Shown here in pieces: positions 20,601 through 28,815 of a stretch of DNA of 42,643 nt. The position numbers and the translations under genes are program-made. The stretch comes from an uncultured Alkaliflexus sp. Lineage in GTDB: Bacteria > Bacteroidota > Bacteroidia > Bacteroidales > Marinilabiliaceae. The stretch's first letter is position 1. The number at the start of each line of letters is the position of its first letter. Location of the stretch: contig CAZJDS010000001.1 of assembly GCA_964544795.1 (NCBI GenBank), forward strand, positions 6,472-49,114. The letters are read 5' to 3'. Under the pieces are notes generated by a model. It saw only the letters and a list, made by a program, of their open reading frames with translations, made no database searches and was not told the DNA's origin.

Positions 20601-23600
20601 ATCACCAATGGAGTTGTTGCGAACACCAATCATGATAGTTTTGACATTGGCCAAGTTTGGGTTTCCTTTAATTTTCACCTCATTGGCAGGCTTTTCGCTA
20701 TCGGGTCTGCTGAAGATTTTTGTAAGTGAAACAGAGGAGCCTGCTTCGCGCATCAAGTCATTTCGTTTCAGTTTTATCTCTTGTAGCAACTCAAAGGGCA
20801 AGTCAATGGCATTGTTTTCGGGCCAAACCATATATCTGTGTGCGATAGAGTTGTTGCTGTAGGAGGAACTGTGCGGAGTTAATTCCAGCGGAATTTCATA
20901 TTCGTAATAGTTGTTTTGATAATCAGTTCCCAGACGAATGAAGATACTCATCTGACCATCGTCGAGAGCATATCCAGAAATAGCTTCGGCATGGACATCC
21001 ATTTTTAATCTCTTGTATTGTCGAAGATCCATATTTAGAGTTTTGTAAACTGCCCGTGCATCGTTATTTCCCAAATCAGTGATTTTTAAAGAAAGGGCTT
21101 GCTCATTCAATTCACGGGGTGTTGGGTTCGATGGATCTACAACGCGGTCTACGCCTGGGGGCAAAACATAATTTACAGGTTCACGATTTCCATTCTCTTC
21201 AATATTAACAGCAGAAATTTCAAATTTGGTATTTGTATTTTTGGTAGTTGTGTTATTTTCATTGTCCTCAATAGGAACCAAATTTTTATCGTACTTACGC
21301 CACTCAGATCGAATTAAATCTAATGAAGCAAAACGCAGTACAACTGAGTCGCTAAAGTTATGAAGGAACATTCTCATGAAACGGATGGAGCGTTTGCCTT
21401 CCGGATTACCTACTTTTGTTGAGTCATCGGTACTGATGGGTACTTTAAATTGATACCATTTTATGGTTTCAACATTTCCGTTTTTTAGTTTTACCTCTCT
21501 GGTGACAACATCAGTAATATAATTTTCACCAACTTCCATATTGTTTGGGTTCAATTGGATGCGATATTGATAGTAATTTTCTGCCTCACTTAAGGTGTTG
21601 TCGCCATTAATATCTTCTCCGTCAGGAATTGTGGTGGAAGCTGCACTGTATGATTCTCCAGAGTTTTCAGAAGGTTTTGAGTTTCCTTCAGGATTGTTAA
21701 AATCTTTGTAGCGCTCTAAAATACTTGTTTTGTTTCTATCGAAATCGCTTCCTCTGAAGTAATGAAAGTCATCTGCTGCAGGATCTTCATCGAATCTCTT
21801 CATTGCTTCTGGATTAAGGATAGATCTTATGGCCGATAAGTAAGGGCTGTAAAAATCTCTTTCTCTTTCAGAGCTCATTCCGTTTAATCCCACATCTTGC
21901 ATTAATCTGGTGGCTGGATCATTGCTGAACGCATTGACCAAGCTTTGTTTTCTTGGGATGTAACCCCAAACAGTTGAATCTACATCAAAAGGTTCGTTGG
22001 GGCCAGGAAGCCCTTGCTCAAAAAACTTGCGAGAATCTTTTAAAATATCTTCTGATATATCTCCCAAGTTGATGTATAAATCTCCTCCTTCATGAGTGCC
22101 TTCATCGTAAATAAAAGGATCCATCACCCAAAATTCTATATGGTCTATGTTGGCAGCTTCAAAATCGTTGGTGTCAATTTTTCTCATGATTCCAGCCCAT
22201 CTCTGCTTTGGGGATGGTAAAGTCCCATCGGGATTCAGATTTGTGTCGAAGTTGTAAGGCCCTCTTTCACTGGGATAATAAGCCAAGTTAAGAACCGATA
22301 TGTTGGTGGGTTCGCCTGTTCTTGCTTGTCTGAATGGAAATATTTCATTTTCATAAATCTCTCGTACATAATGATTGGATTGTGCGTCTTCATCTCTTTT
22401 AATGTGAGAGGGAGTAAGTGAATTATTTCGTAAAAAGAGAGGATCAATCACGTACCAGGCAAGTTTGGCTCTATTGTAGCCATATTTTAGGTCATTGGTT
22501 AATTTTGATTCAGGAAAGAGAGAGGGCGTACTGGCAAGTTTCCATGATGTCCATTCTTTTAAGTTCAAGGGAATTTTTGTTCCTTCAAAATCATCAATGT
22601 AAGAAGACCCTGCTTTATCGATAACCTTTGGATGCCCAGGAACCAATTGTGCAAACTCTCCTTCAAACGAAATAGAGGAGGGTGTTTTTGTCTCTAAAAA
22701 TGGGATTTTGTCAATCCATTTGGTCAGCAAATTGGATTCGGTGAAATAGGAGGTGTTCAACCCCCAAATAGTGTTGGAAATAGGCTCATTGCCATAGGCA
22801 ACTTTCTGTGTGAGTGGTCGTTCGCTTAGGTGCATAATAGTAGCTCCTACATTGAAGTTTTCAGTAAATCGATAATCAAAATGGCTTCCTATTAAAGTTT
22901 TAGTTTGTAGGTTGAAAAGTGATTGGCTTTCTAATGAAACCTGGATGGGTGTTCCTGATTGTAACAATCCTGGATTGAGAATTTGAATGGATCCTGCAGT
23001 GTAATTAACCGAGTAATCTACATTTTCGGTCAATCGAAGTCCTCCAGCAGTAACGATGACTGATCCTTTGGGAATATCGAATGCATTTAACGAGATTTCG
23101 GAACCCGATTCTGCTTTGTACGAGCCTTGTAAACGGTATTTATTCTTCTCAGCCGTTTGTTTTGCTACTGTTTGGGTAGAACTATAAAGTTCATAAAAAG
23201 CATATTTATCTTTTAATTCTTGTGTTGGTAGTTGATCTGCTAGGTGCTTCCCAAAAGGTTCTAGTACTGGAAAAACGATTCGTCCTTGGGCAGGAATAAT
23301 AGTGTAGCCAGGCACAAAGTCGAACACACCATCTGGGGAGTATTCTTGCCTGCTGTTTAAATTGTCTAAATTCATGATGGCAATAAACAACTTCCCATTG
23401 ATTCCTCCTTTTTCCATAGTTGGGCCTTCTGGAAAATAGTTGATATCTGTACCCGTAGAGTCATTGAGGTAGGTTACATTCATAATGAAGTTTTTTTCAC
23501 TCAATTGATAGGCTCCCATCGAATAAATGTTCTTCATCATTAAGTCCCAAGTTGTTAAAGAAGGAGAGAGCATGGTTCCTTTCAAAAGCTTGGTAATTAA

Positions 23601-25070
23601 ACTTTTGGGCGCCTCAATTCCTGCAGTGCTCAACTCTCCTACTTTATAGGTTTTTCCATTATAGGAGTATTCAAAAGCCACACTTAAAATCTCATCTGCA
23701 TTAAGCGCATTATTTAATGAGATGTAACCCAATCGAGTGTTTAAAGTATATTCTGAGGAGGTAAGTAATCGGGCATTTTCAATCTTTTCGTAATCGCTGG
23801 TTGTTTTAAAAGATGATAATATGGCAGATATATTATTGATGTTTCTGATACCGCTATAAGTGGTGGTCATTTCGCGATATAAGTTGTTTGCATCATTGCT
23901 GGGGTTGATTCCTGGCGTACTGTTCCAACTGCTATTGGATAGGTGGTTTTCGTTTTCTCCTAAGTCGGTGAAAGCAACAATATTTCTTGAATTATCGAAG
24001 TTGCTTGTTTTGTTCGTAATCCACACCTCAATTTTGGTAATATTGATACCAGAGTTGATAATAGGGAGATTGGCCAATGATTTATCGTAGTTGTCTCTAA
24101 AGAAATGAGATAGAAAAAAGTGTCGGTTTGCATCGTAAGCATCTGCCGAAATATCGAACTCTTGCGTTTGAGCTCCACCTTGAATATTCATTACAGATGT
24201 TTCGCCTTTTTGCTGAGAGAAAACTGTCGAGATGGTTAATTTTCCAAATTGCATTTCTGTTTTTATGCCCCAGAGACTCTGACTACCTGTGATGAGCGTT
24301 CCTGGAAGTGGCATAGAGACATTTCCGGCTTCAATCTTTTTTATGATATCGTCTTCACCACCTTCATACTCAAGATTAATCTGATTTTCGAAATCAAAAG
24401 TAGCTTCCGTATTGTAATTGATACCTAATTTTAGTTTTTCACCAATGCTTCCACGTATATTCATCTGCAACTTTTGCTGAAAATCAAATGTGGTGGTTTT
24501 GCGCATCTTTTCTTGTAGAGTCGGATTATCAATTTTGGTGTGATTTACGCCCAATCGTATCTCTGCAATCCCCTGCGGACGAATATTTATGGTATTAGTT
24601 CCAAAGATGCTCTCAAAGATTTCATTGTTGACACGGAAGTCTCCAAAACCTCCTGCTCCTCCTTCTGTATCAGTATTCTTACTTTCCCAATATTTTTGCA
24701 TCGATTGGCGCATTTCACGATTATTGTACTCTTCTAAAGACATGGTGTAGGGGAGTTTCACCTGCATGTTTCCAATCTTACGATAGAGTGTTACCAAACC
24801 CGTACTGGGATCGTATTCTGCTGTGTAGTCAATATTGGTAGGATCGTCTAACTTTACTGGCGACTCTTTTTCTTCATAAGGTGTTTGAGGATTTTTGAGA
24901 GGGGTGGTAAAACGAGCTGGCTCAATTATAGTTTCTGTAGTGTCCACCCCTTGTGATAGGGGAATAGAGTAGCCTTCTTGCATCGATGGGACGTGTTGTT
25001 CAGCGTCCACCATTACAAATAGAAATGTTAAAAGGAGAATTAAAAAGTTATGTACGACCTTATTTCTCAA
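17652..25070 (-). CDS. sprA: T9SS outer-membrane translocon SprA (Sov)
   Basis: 2472 aa; YNTEATFDFEN, EAGNVSMPL, GSQSLWG, SEDILKD, WVNELRL, SEQFSPLI, C-terminal FRFSL; ruvA-sprA-gcvH context. Confidence 0.95.
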   Translation of the reverse strand: MRNKVVHNFLILLLTFLFVMVDAEQHVPSMQEGYSIPLSQGVDTTETIIEPARFTTPLKNPQTPYEEKESPVKLDDPTNIDYTAEYDPSTGLVTLYRKIGNMQVKLPYTMSLEEYNNREMRQSMQKYWESKNTDTEGGAGGFGDFRVNNEIFESIFGTNTINIRPQGIAEIRLGVNHTKIDNPTLQEKMRKTTTFDFQQKLQMNIRGSIGEKLKLGINYNTEATFDFENQINLEYEGGEDDIIKKIEAGNVSMPLPGTLITGSQSLWGIKTEMQFGKLTISTVFSQQKGETSVMNIQGGAQTQEFDISADAYDANRHFFLSHFFRDNYDKSLANLPIINSGINITKIEVWITNKTSNFDNSRNIVAFTDLGENENHLSNSSWNSTPGINPSNDANNLYREMTTTYSGIRNINNISAILSSFKTTSDYEKIENARLLTSSEYTLNTRLGYISLNNALNADEILSVAFEYSYNGKTYKVGELSTAGIEAPKSLITKLLKGTMLSPSLTTWDLMMKNIYSMGAYQLSEKNFIMNVTYLNDSTGTDINYFPEGPTMEKGGINGKLFIAIMNLDNLNSRQEYSPDGVFDFVPGYTIIPAQGRIVFPVLEPFGKHLADQLPTQELKDKYAFYELYSSTQTVAKQTAEKNKYRLQGSYKAESGSEISLNAFDIPKGSVIVTAGGLRLTENVDYSVNYTAGSIQILNPGLLQSGTPIQVSLESQSLFNLQTKTLIGSHFDYRFTENFNVGATIMHLSERPLTQKVAYGNEPISNTIWGLNTSYFTESNLLTKWIDKIPFLETKTPSSISFEGEFAQLVPGHPKVIDKAGSSYIDDFEGTKIPLNLKEWTSWKLASTPSLFPESKLTNDLKYGYNRAKLAWYVIDPLFLRNNSLTPSHIKRDEDAQSNHYVREIYENEIFPFRQARTGEPTNISVLNLAYYPSERGPYNFDTNLNPDGTLPSPKQRWAGIMRKIDTNDFEAANIDHIEFWVMDPFIYDEGTHEGGDLYINLGDISEDILKDSRKFFEQGLPGPNEPFDVDSTVWGYIPRKQSLVNAFSNDPATRLMQDVGLNGMSSERERDFYSPYLSAIRSILNPEAMKRFDEDPAADDFHYFRGSDFDRNKTSILERYKDFNNPEGNSKPSENSGESYSAASTTIPDGEDINGDNTLSEAENYYQYRIQLNPNNMEVGENYITDVVTREVKLKNGNVETIKWYQFKVPISTDDSTKVGNPEGKRSIRFMRMFLHNFSDSVVLRFASLDLIRSEWRKYDKNLVPIEDNENNTTTKNTNTKFEISAVNIEENGNREPVNYVLPPGVDRVVDPSNPTPRELNEQALSLKITDLGNNDARAVYKTLNMDLRQYKRLKMDVHAEAISGYALDDGQMSIFIRLGTDYQNNYYEYEIPLELTPHSSSYSNNSIAHRYMVWPENNAIDLPFELLQEIKLKRNDLMREAGSSVSLTKIFSRPDSEKPANEVKIKGNPNLANVKTIMIGVRNNSIGDKAIEVWVNELRLTDFKEDGGWAANGRLNVKLADLGSVSVAGNVSTAGFGSIDQSVTERSKEDYYQYDIATSLELGKLLGPKNRLSIPFYYSFSKQVATPEYSPLDPDIPLDVALKSAKSSSDRDSIKELSQDLVKRKSISFSNVRLQPKEGVTKFYSPSNLSATYAYNETYRQNIDIEYQTDKNYRGILAYNFVNRPKPVEPFKKLKPKSLALIRDFNFYLAPTQLGYRWELTRGYREEQLRNINNPTYNIPVSVDKDFYWNRYFDLTYNLTKSLKMDFRVTNNASIDEPEGVVNKKLYSDEYDLWKDSVMNNILSFGRTTNYQHNLNVSYTVPINKLPLLDWTSASVNYGALYSWQQGPITTDEYQWGNTIRNSVNIQANSQLNFNNLYNKSNYLKGLNRTASRGPNQSETVRFTQHNLQMQGGEPFTVNHKLSTTDVTIRVFNESGIPVKGKQVVIDANTLTFVPEQDISSARIIVTGKKVEQNDVAKKLFEYSARLLTSVKNISATYTQNSGTILPGYLPEAKFLGAQSYGGATGPGLPFMLGWQDRDYALQAVDNKWLSTDSTLNTPYMMNKTEDVTIRATLEPIKGLRIDLTGNHRTSNNMSEYYLFDGNGFRGAYNTIENGGFSMSYNIIATAFQKPDKKGAYQSDAFDQFLNNRQTIAQRLGSQRVGLAHPTTGEYADPLYEYSPLAGVPYNPSGYPTQDIDVENGVDGYSLSSQEVMVPAFLAAYSGKKASNIFLNPMPSLAYMQPNWRITYDGLSKIKWVQKYFKSVDVSHAYRSVYTVGNYLTNTDWESFRDGFSFIRDAQGNFVTKYQISGVSISEQFSPLIQINMTWNNSLTTRVEMKKSRILSLSLSNNQMIENYSDEWVVGLGYRFDKMDLILGSKANAKKMSSDLNLRADISIRDSYSIIRRIEERLNQMTAGQKIITLKMTADYVLSSRFNVQVFYDRQMNSPYISSSYPITNSSFGVSFRFSLTQ

Positions 25071-25094
25071 TGTTTAAGTTTTCCTCTGGTTGGG

Positions 25095-25676
25095 TTACAA
25101 CATTTTTAGTGCTTGTTTTATAATCTGTTCCACTTTGCTGTTGGGTTCACTGCTCATAATTTTGTTAACAGCTTTTTGTGATGGAACTTTTGCAAAACCT
25201 AGCATCACTAATGCGGATAACGCTTCATCTCGAACAGTATTGTCTGTTAGACTAAATAATTTTTCATCATCTCCCTCTTTCCCCAACTTATCTTTTAGAT
25301 CTACGATAACTCTTTGGGCAGTTTTTGTACCAATGCCTTTAATTGTTGTAAGCTGTTGTGTGTTGGCCGTAACAATGGCTGCTGTAACTTCATCTGGCGG
25401 CATAGAAGAAAGCATCATTCTTGCTGTATTGGACCCAATGCCCGAAACAGAAATTAGATGTCGGAAAAGGATTCTTTCAGCTTTGTCATAAAAGCCATAA
25501 AGATTGTAAGCATCCTCTCTAATATTCTCATGAATAAGGAGGGTAGCTTCATTTTTATCCTTTAATGCAGTAAATGTTGTAAGGGAAATATTTATAAAAT
25601 AACCAAGTCCATTATTTTCAATAACCATATGGGCTGGACTTCTCTCTATAATTTTTCCTGAAATATATTCATACAT
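25095..25676 (-). CDS. ruvA: Holliday junction branch migration protein RuvA
   Basis: REDAYNLYGF, VSGIG, IKGIGTKTAQRV, ALVMLGF. Confidence 0.96.
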   Translation of the reverse strand: MYEYISGKIIERSPAHMVIENNGLGYFINISLTTFTALKDKNEATLLIHENIREDAYNLYGFYDKAERILFRHLISVSGIGSNTARMMLSSMPPDEVTAAIVTANTQQLTTIKGIGTKTAQRVIVDLKDKLGKEGDDEKLFSLTDNTVRDEALSALVMLGFAKVPSQKAVNKIMSSEPNSKVEQIIKQALKML

Positions 25677-25755
25677 AATGCTAATTTAATCACTATAAAT
25701 ACAATGTTAAAACTCTCTTAACGATCGTGTTGAAGTAAATTTTAGGTTTCATTGA

Positions 25756-26793
25756 TTACGCTTCCTTATTACCCCATCCTTGCGCTTTCAAATTGATCTC
25801 ATCTCCCGACAAACTAATGATTCTACAGGCTTTTTCTTTTTCCGTTAGGTGGCCTACGACTGTTGCAATAGAAGATAACTCTTTTTCATTTTTTTTGAAT
25901 TCGGCCAGTGAGATGGTGAAGAGAAGTTCATAATCCTCTCCTCCGTTTAATGCTGCTATGAGTGGATTGAACTCTATCTCTTTGGCAGTTTTCAAGGTTT
26001 TTTGATTGAACGGAATTTTATCTTCATAAATTCTGCAACCTAAATTCGACTCTTGGCATAAAAGTAGTGTGGCTGCTGCCAATCCTTCTTTCACGGCGAT
26101 CATGGAAGTAGGTTTTAACTTAATCCTTTTTAGCTGGTTGATCTTCTCGCATCTTGCTTCTGGCTTTAATTGTCTACGCAAGACATATTCATTATCACCA
26201 AATTCGGGAGTAACCGTATCAACAGCTTTCAAAACTCTTTTTTCTCTTTCTAAAAGATGTAATCCAATAAGTGCTCCTCCCAAATCACCAGTAACGCAAA
26301 GTAAGTCGGTCGGTTGAGCGCCTGTGCGGAGAACCAAATCTTTTAGAGGGGAACTACCTAAAACAGCCGCGGACAAAGTTAATCCAGTAAGGCTAGGGGA
26401 AGGTTTAAAACTGACCAGATCAATTTTATACTCTTCACAAGCAGCCATCATCCCTGATACCAATAGCTCTGTACTCTCTAATGTCATTTTAGTACTCAAT
26501 CCTGCATTAACAATGATTTGCTCAGGCAGTGCATTCATGGCCAAAACATCTGTAATAGCATTGACTACCATCTTAAATCCTAAATGTTGTAGGGGGGTGT
26601 AGATGAGGTCAAAGTGAATTCCTTCCAACATTAGGGTGTTACTTAGGAGTTGATGATTGGGGAGATGAACAATGATAGTGTCGTCGTTAAAGCCTCTAAC
26701 TGTAGTCTCTTTTTTGATCTCAAATTTCTTGTTGATATGATCAATCAACCCATATATGCCTAACTCTGATAGTGAAGTCTCTTTTTTTGTCAT
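25756..26793 (-). CDS. thiL: Thiamine-monophosphate kinase-like protein with degenerate active site
   Basis: EGIHFDL.Y.PL.HLG, VTGDLG, LLEREK, RQLKPEAR, GGEDYELLFT and KAQGW match Bacteroidota ThiL; several acidic motifs are substituted. Confidence 0.8.
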   Translation of the reverse strand: MTKKETSLSELGIYGLIDHINKKFEIKKETTVRGFNDDTIIVHLPNHQLLSNTLMLEGIHFDLIYTPLQHLGFKMVVNAITDVLAMNALPEQIIVNAGLSTKMTLESTELLVSGMMAACEEYKIDLVSFKPSPSLTGLTLSAAVLGSSPLKDLVLRTGAQPTDLLCVTGDLGGALIGLHLLEREKRVLKAVDTVTPEFGDNEYVLRRQLKPEARCEKINQLKRIKLKPTSMIAVKEGLAAATLLLCQESNLGCRIYEDKIPFNQKTLKTAKEIEFNPLIAALNGGEDYELLFTISLAEFKKNEKELSSIATVVGHLTEKEKACRIISLSGDEINLKAQGWGNKEA

Positions 26794-26815
26794 CGAATTA
26801 TTTTATTATTTGCCT

Positions 26816-26823
26816 CAAAGATA
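26816..26823 (-). promoter_or_regulatory. Sigma-A -7 element for the thiL-like gene
   Basis: Reverse complement reads TATCTTTG, 22 nt upstream of the ATG. Confidence 0.6.
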
Positions 26824-26941
26824 TAAAAATGACTGGTCACAAGTCAATCATACAGTACTTTAAACTCTGGTTGTTCTATAAAAATATTAACAATCAATAT
26901 ATTTGGTGAGTTAAATGTTTGGAAAATAGCTCTTCGATACC

Positions 26942-26949
26942 TAAATTTG
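26942..26949 (+). promoter_or_regulatory. Sigma-A -7 element for rimP-nusA-infB
   Basis: TAAATTTG(C), with TTTG at about 26918-26921. Confidence 0.65.
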
Positions 26950-26974
26950 CAGCAGTTTAATACCTGAGGATGAT

Positions 26975-27002
26975 TAGGGGACTTTATGTCCCCTATTTTA
27001 TT
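26975..27002 (+). promoter_or_regulatory. rimP leader terminator/attenuator hairpin
   Basis: TAGGGGAC-TTTAT-GTCCCCTA perfect 8-bp stem followed by TTTTATT, lying between the promoter and the rimP start. Confidence 0.7.
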
Positions 27003-27016
27003 AACTGTTTGTGAAT

Positions 27017-27481
27017 ATGATTACTAAACAACAAGTCTTAGATATCATCACTGAAAGAGTGGATCAGGAAGGATATTTTTTGGTGGATATAGATATAAAG
27101 CCCATCAATAAAATTGTTGTTTTGGTGGATGGTGATGAAGGTGTTCCTATTGAATTTTGTGTTTCTTTATCTAGATTAATTGAAAGTTCAATAGACAGAG
27201 AGATTGAAGATTATGAATTAGAAGTTTCTTCACCAGGGATTGGGCAGCCTTTAAAAGTCTATCGCCAATACTTGAAGTGTGTGGGAAGTGAAGTAGAGGT
27301 TTTGGCTCTGGATGGAATGAAATATAAAGGGACATTAAACAGTGTGTCTGATTCAGGTGTTGTAATTACCGAAGAAAAGAAAGTGAAAATTAAAGGAAGA
27401 AAGAAAAAAGAGTTGCAGATAATTGAGCATAATTTTTCTTTTGAAGATATAAAATCAGTAAAAGAGACAATAAAATTTTAA
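27017..27481 (+). CDS. rimP: Ribosome maturation factor RimP
   Basis: DREIEDYELEVSSPGIGQPL; directly upstream of nusA. Confidence 0.94.
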   Translation: MITKQQVLDIITERVDQEGYFLVDIDIKPINKIVVLVDGDEGVPIEFCVSLSRLIESSIDREIEDYELEVSSPGIGQPLKVYRQYLKCVGSEVEVLALDGMKYKGTLNSVSDSGVVITEEKKVKIKGRKKKELQIIEHNFSFEDIKSVKETIKF

Positions 27482-27500
27482 ATCCGACACAATCAGAGCG

Positions 27501-28742
27501 ATGGAACATATAAACTTGATTGATACATTTTCGGAGTTCAAGGAGCTTAAGAACATTGATAGGGTTACCCTTATCAGAGTCCTTGAAGATTCTTTTCGTA
27601 GTGTTTTGATAAAGCTTTTCGGAAGCGATGATAATTTTGACGTTATTATCAATACCGATAAAGGAGATTTTGAGATATGGCGTAACCGAGAGGTGGTTGC
27701 CGATGAGGATCTTACCGATGAGAATCTGCAGATTAGTTTGTCTGAAGCGCACAAGCTGGATGACGACTATGAAGTGGGCGAGGAGGTGACTGATGAAGTG
27801 AAGTTTGCCGATTTTGGTCGTAGAGCCATCTTGACACTTCGTCAAAATTTATCTTCGCGTATATTGGAGCTTCAAAAAGATTCTATTTACGCTCACTATA
27901 AAGAGAAAATTGGTGAAATTGTTACTGGTGAAGTATATCAAATCTGGAAGAAGGAGTTGCTGGTGTTGGACGATGAAGGCAATGAGTTAATTTTACCCAA
28001 AACAGAGCAGATCCCTTCTGACTTTTTCCGCAAGGGAGACTCTATTCGCGCAGTAGTGATAAAAGTGGATATACGAAACAACAATCCATTAGTTATTATT
28101 TCGCGTACAGCACCTGAATTTCTTGAGCGACTGTTCGAGATGGAAGTACCAGAGATAAATGATGGATTAATTACAATTAAAAAAATTGTTCGTCAACCTG
28201 GAGAGCGTGCGAAAGTTGCTGTGGAGTCCTATGATGATCGTGTAGATCCAGTTGGAGCGTGTGTAGGTATGAAAGGGTCTAGGATTCATGGAATCGTGCG
28301 TGAATTAAGAAATGAGAACATTGATGTTATCAATTATACAACCAATACACAGTTGTTTATTCAACGGGCATTAAATCCTGCAAAAGTAAGCAGTATAAAG
28401 TTGTTAGAAGAGACGGGTAGAGCTCAGGTTTATCTGAAGCCCGAAGAGGTTTCTTTGGCTATCGGAAGAGGTGGCTTAAATATTAGATTGGCCAGTCAAT
28501 TGACAGGCTATGAGTTAGATGTATATCGTGAAACGGAGGGTGAGGAAGACGAAGAAGATGTGAGGTTGGATGAGTTCTCAGATGAGATTGAGGCTTGGGT
28601 TATCGATGCACTTAAAGCGATTGGTTGTGATACTGCAAAATCTGTTCTTGATTTATCGTTGGAAGATTTAGTGAAACGTACCGACCTCGAAGAAGAAACC
28701 ATACAGAATGTGATTTCTATATTGAAATCCGAATTTGAATAA
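27501..28742 (+). CDS. nusA: Transcription termination factor NusA
   Basis: FGRRA, S1 and KH domains, DPVGACVGMKGSRI, AIGRGGLNIRLASQLTG. Confidence 0.97.
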   Translation: MEHINLIDTFSEFKELKNIDRVTLIRVLEDSFRSVLIKLFGSDDNFDVIINTDKGDFEIWRNREVVADEDLTDENLQISLSEAHKLDDDYEVGEEVTDEVKFADFGRRAILTLRQNLSSRILELQKDSIYAHYKEKIGEIVTGEVYQIWKKELLVLDDEGNELILPKTEQIPSDFFRKGDSIRAVVIKVDIRNNNPLVIISRTAPEFLERLFEMEVPEINDGLITIKKIVRQPGERAKVAVESYDDRVDPVGACVGMKGSRIHGIVRELRNENIDVINYTTNTQLFIQRALNPAKVSSIKLLEETGRAQVYLKPEEVSLAIGRGGLNIRLASQLTGYELDVYRETEGEEDEEDVRLDEFSDEIEAWVIDALKAIGCDTAKSVLDLSLEDLVKRTDLEEETIQNVISILKSEFE

Positions 28743-28749
28743 TTTCGTT

Positions 28750-28757
28750 TATCTTTG
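28750..28757 (+). promoter_or_regulatory. Possible internal -7 promoter for infB
   Basis: TATCTTTG immediately after the nusA stop, 58 nt before the infB ATG. Confidence 0.5.
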
Positions 28758-28815
28758 TAGTATTAAACGAGTTTCGTTAAATTCGATTACCTGAATTAAA
28801 TTGAAAGTTCCTTTT

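Noticed and set aside
18437-25491. Many antisense or alternate-frame ORFs of 60-150 aa inside sprA and ruvA (and similar ones elsewhere)
   Set aside because: Shadow ORFs of well-supported genes with no motifs.
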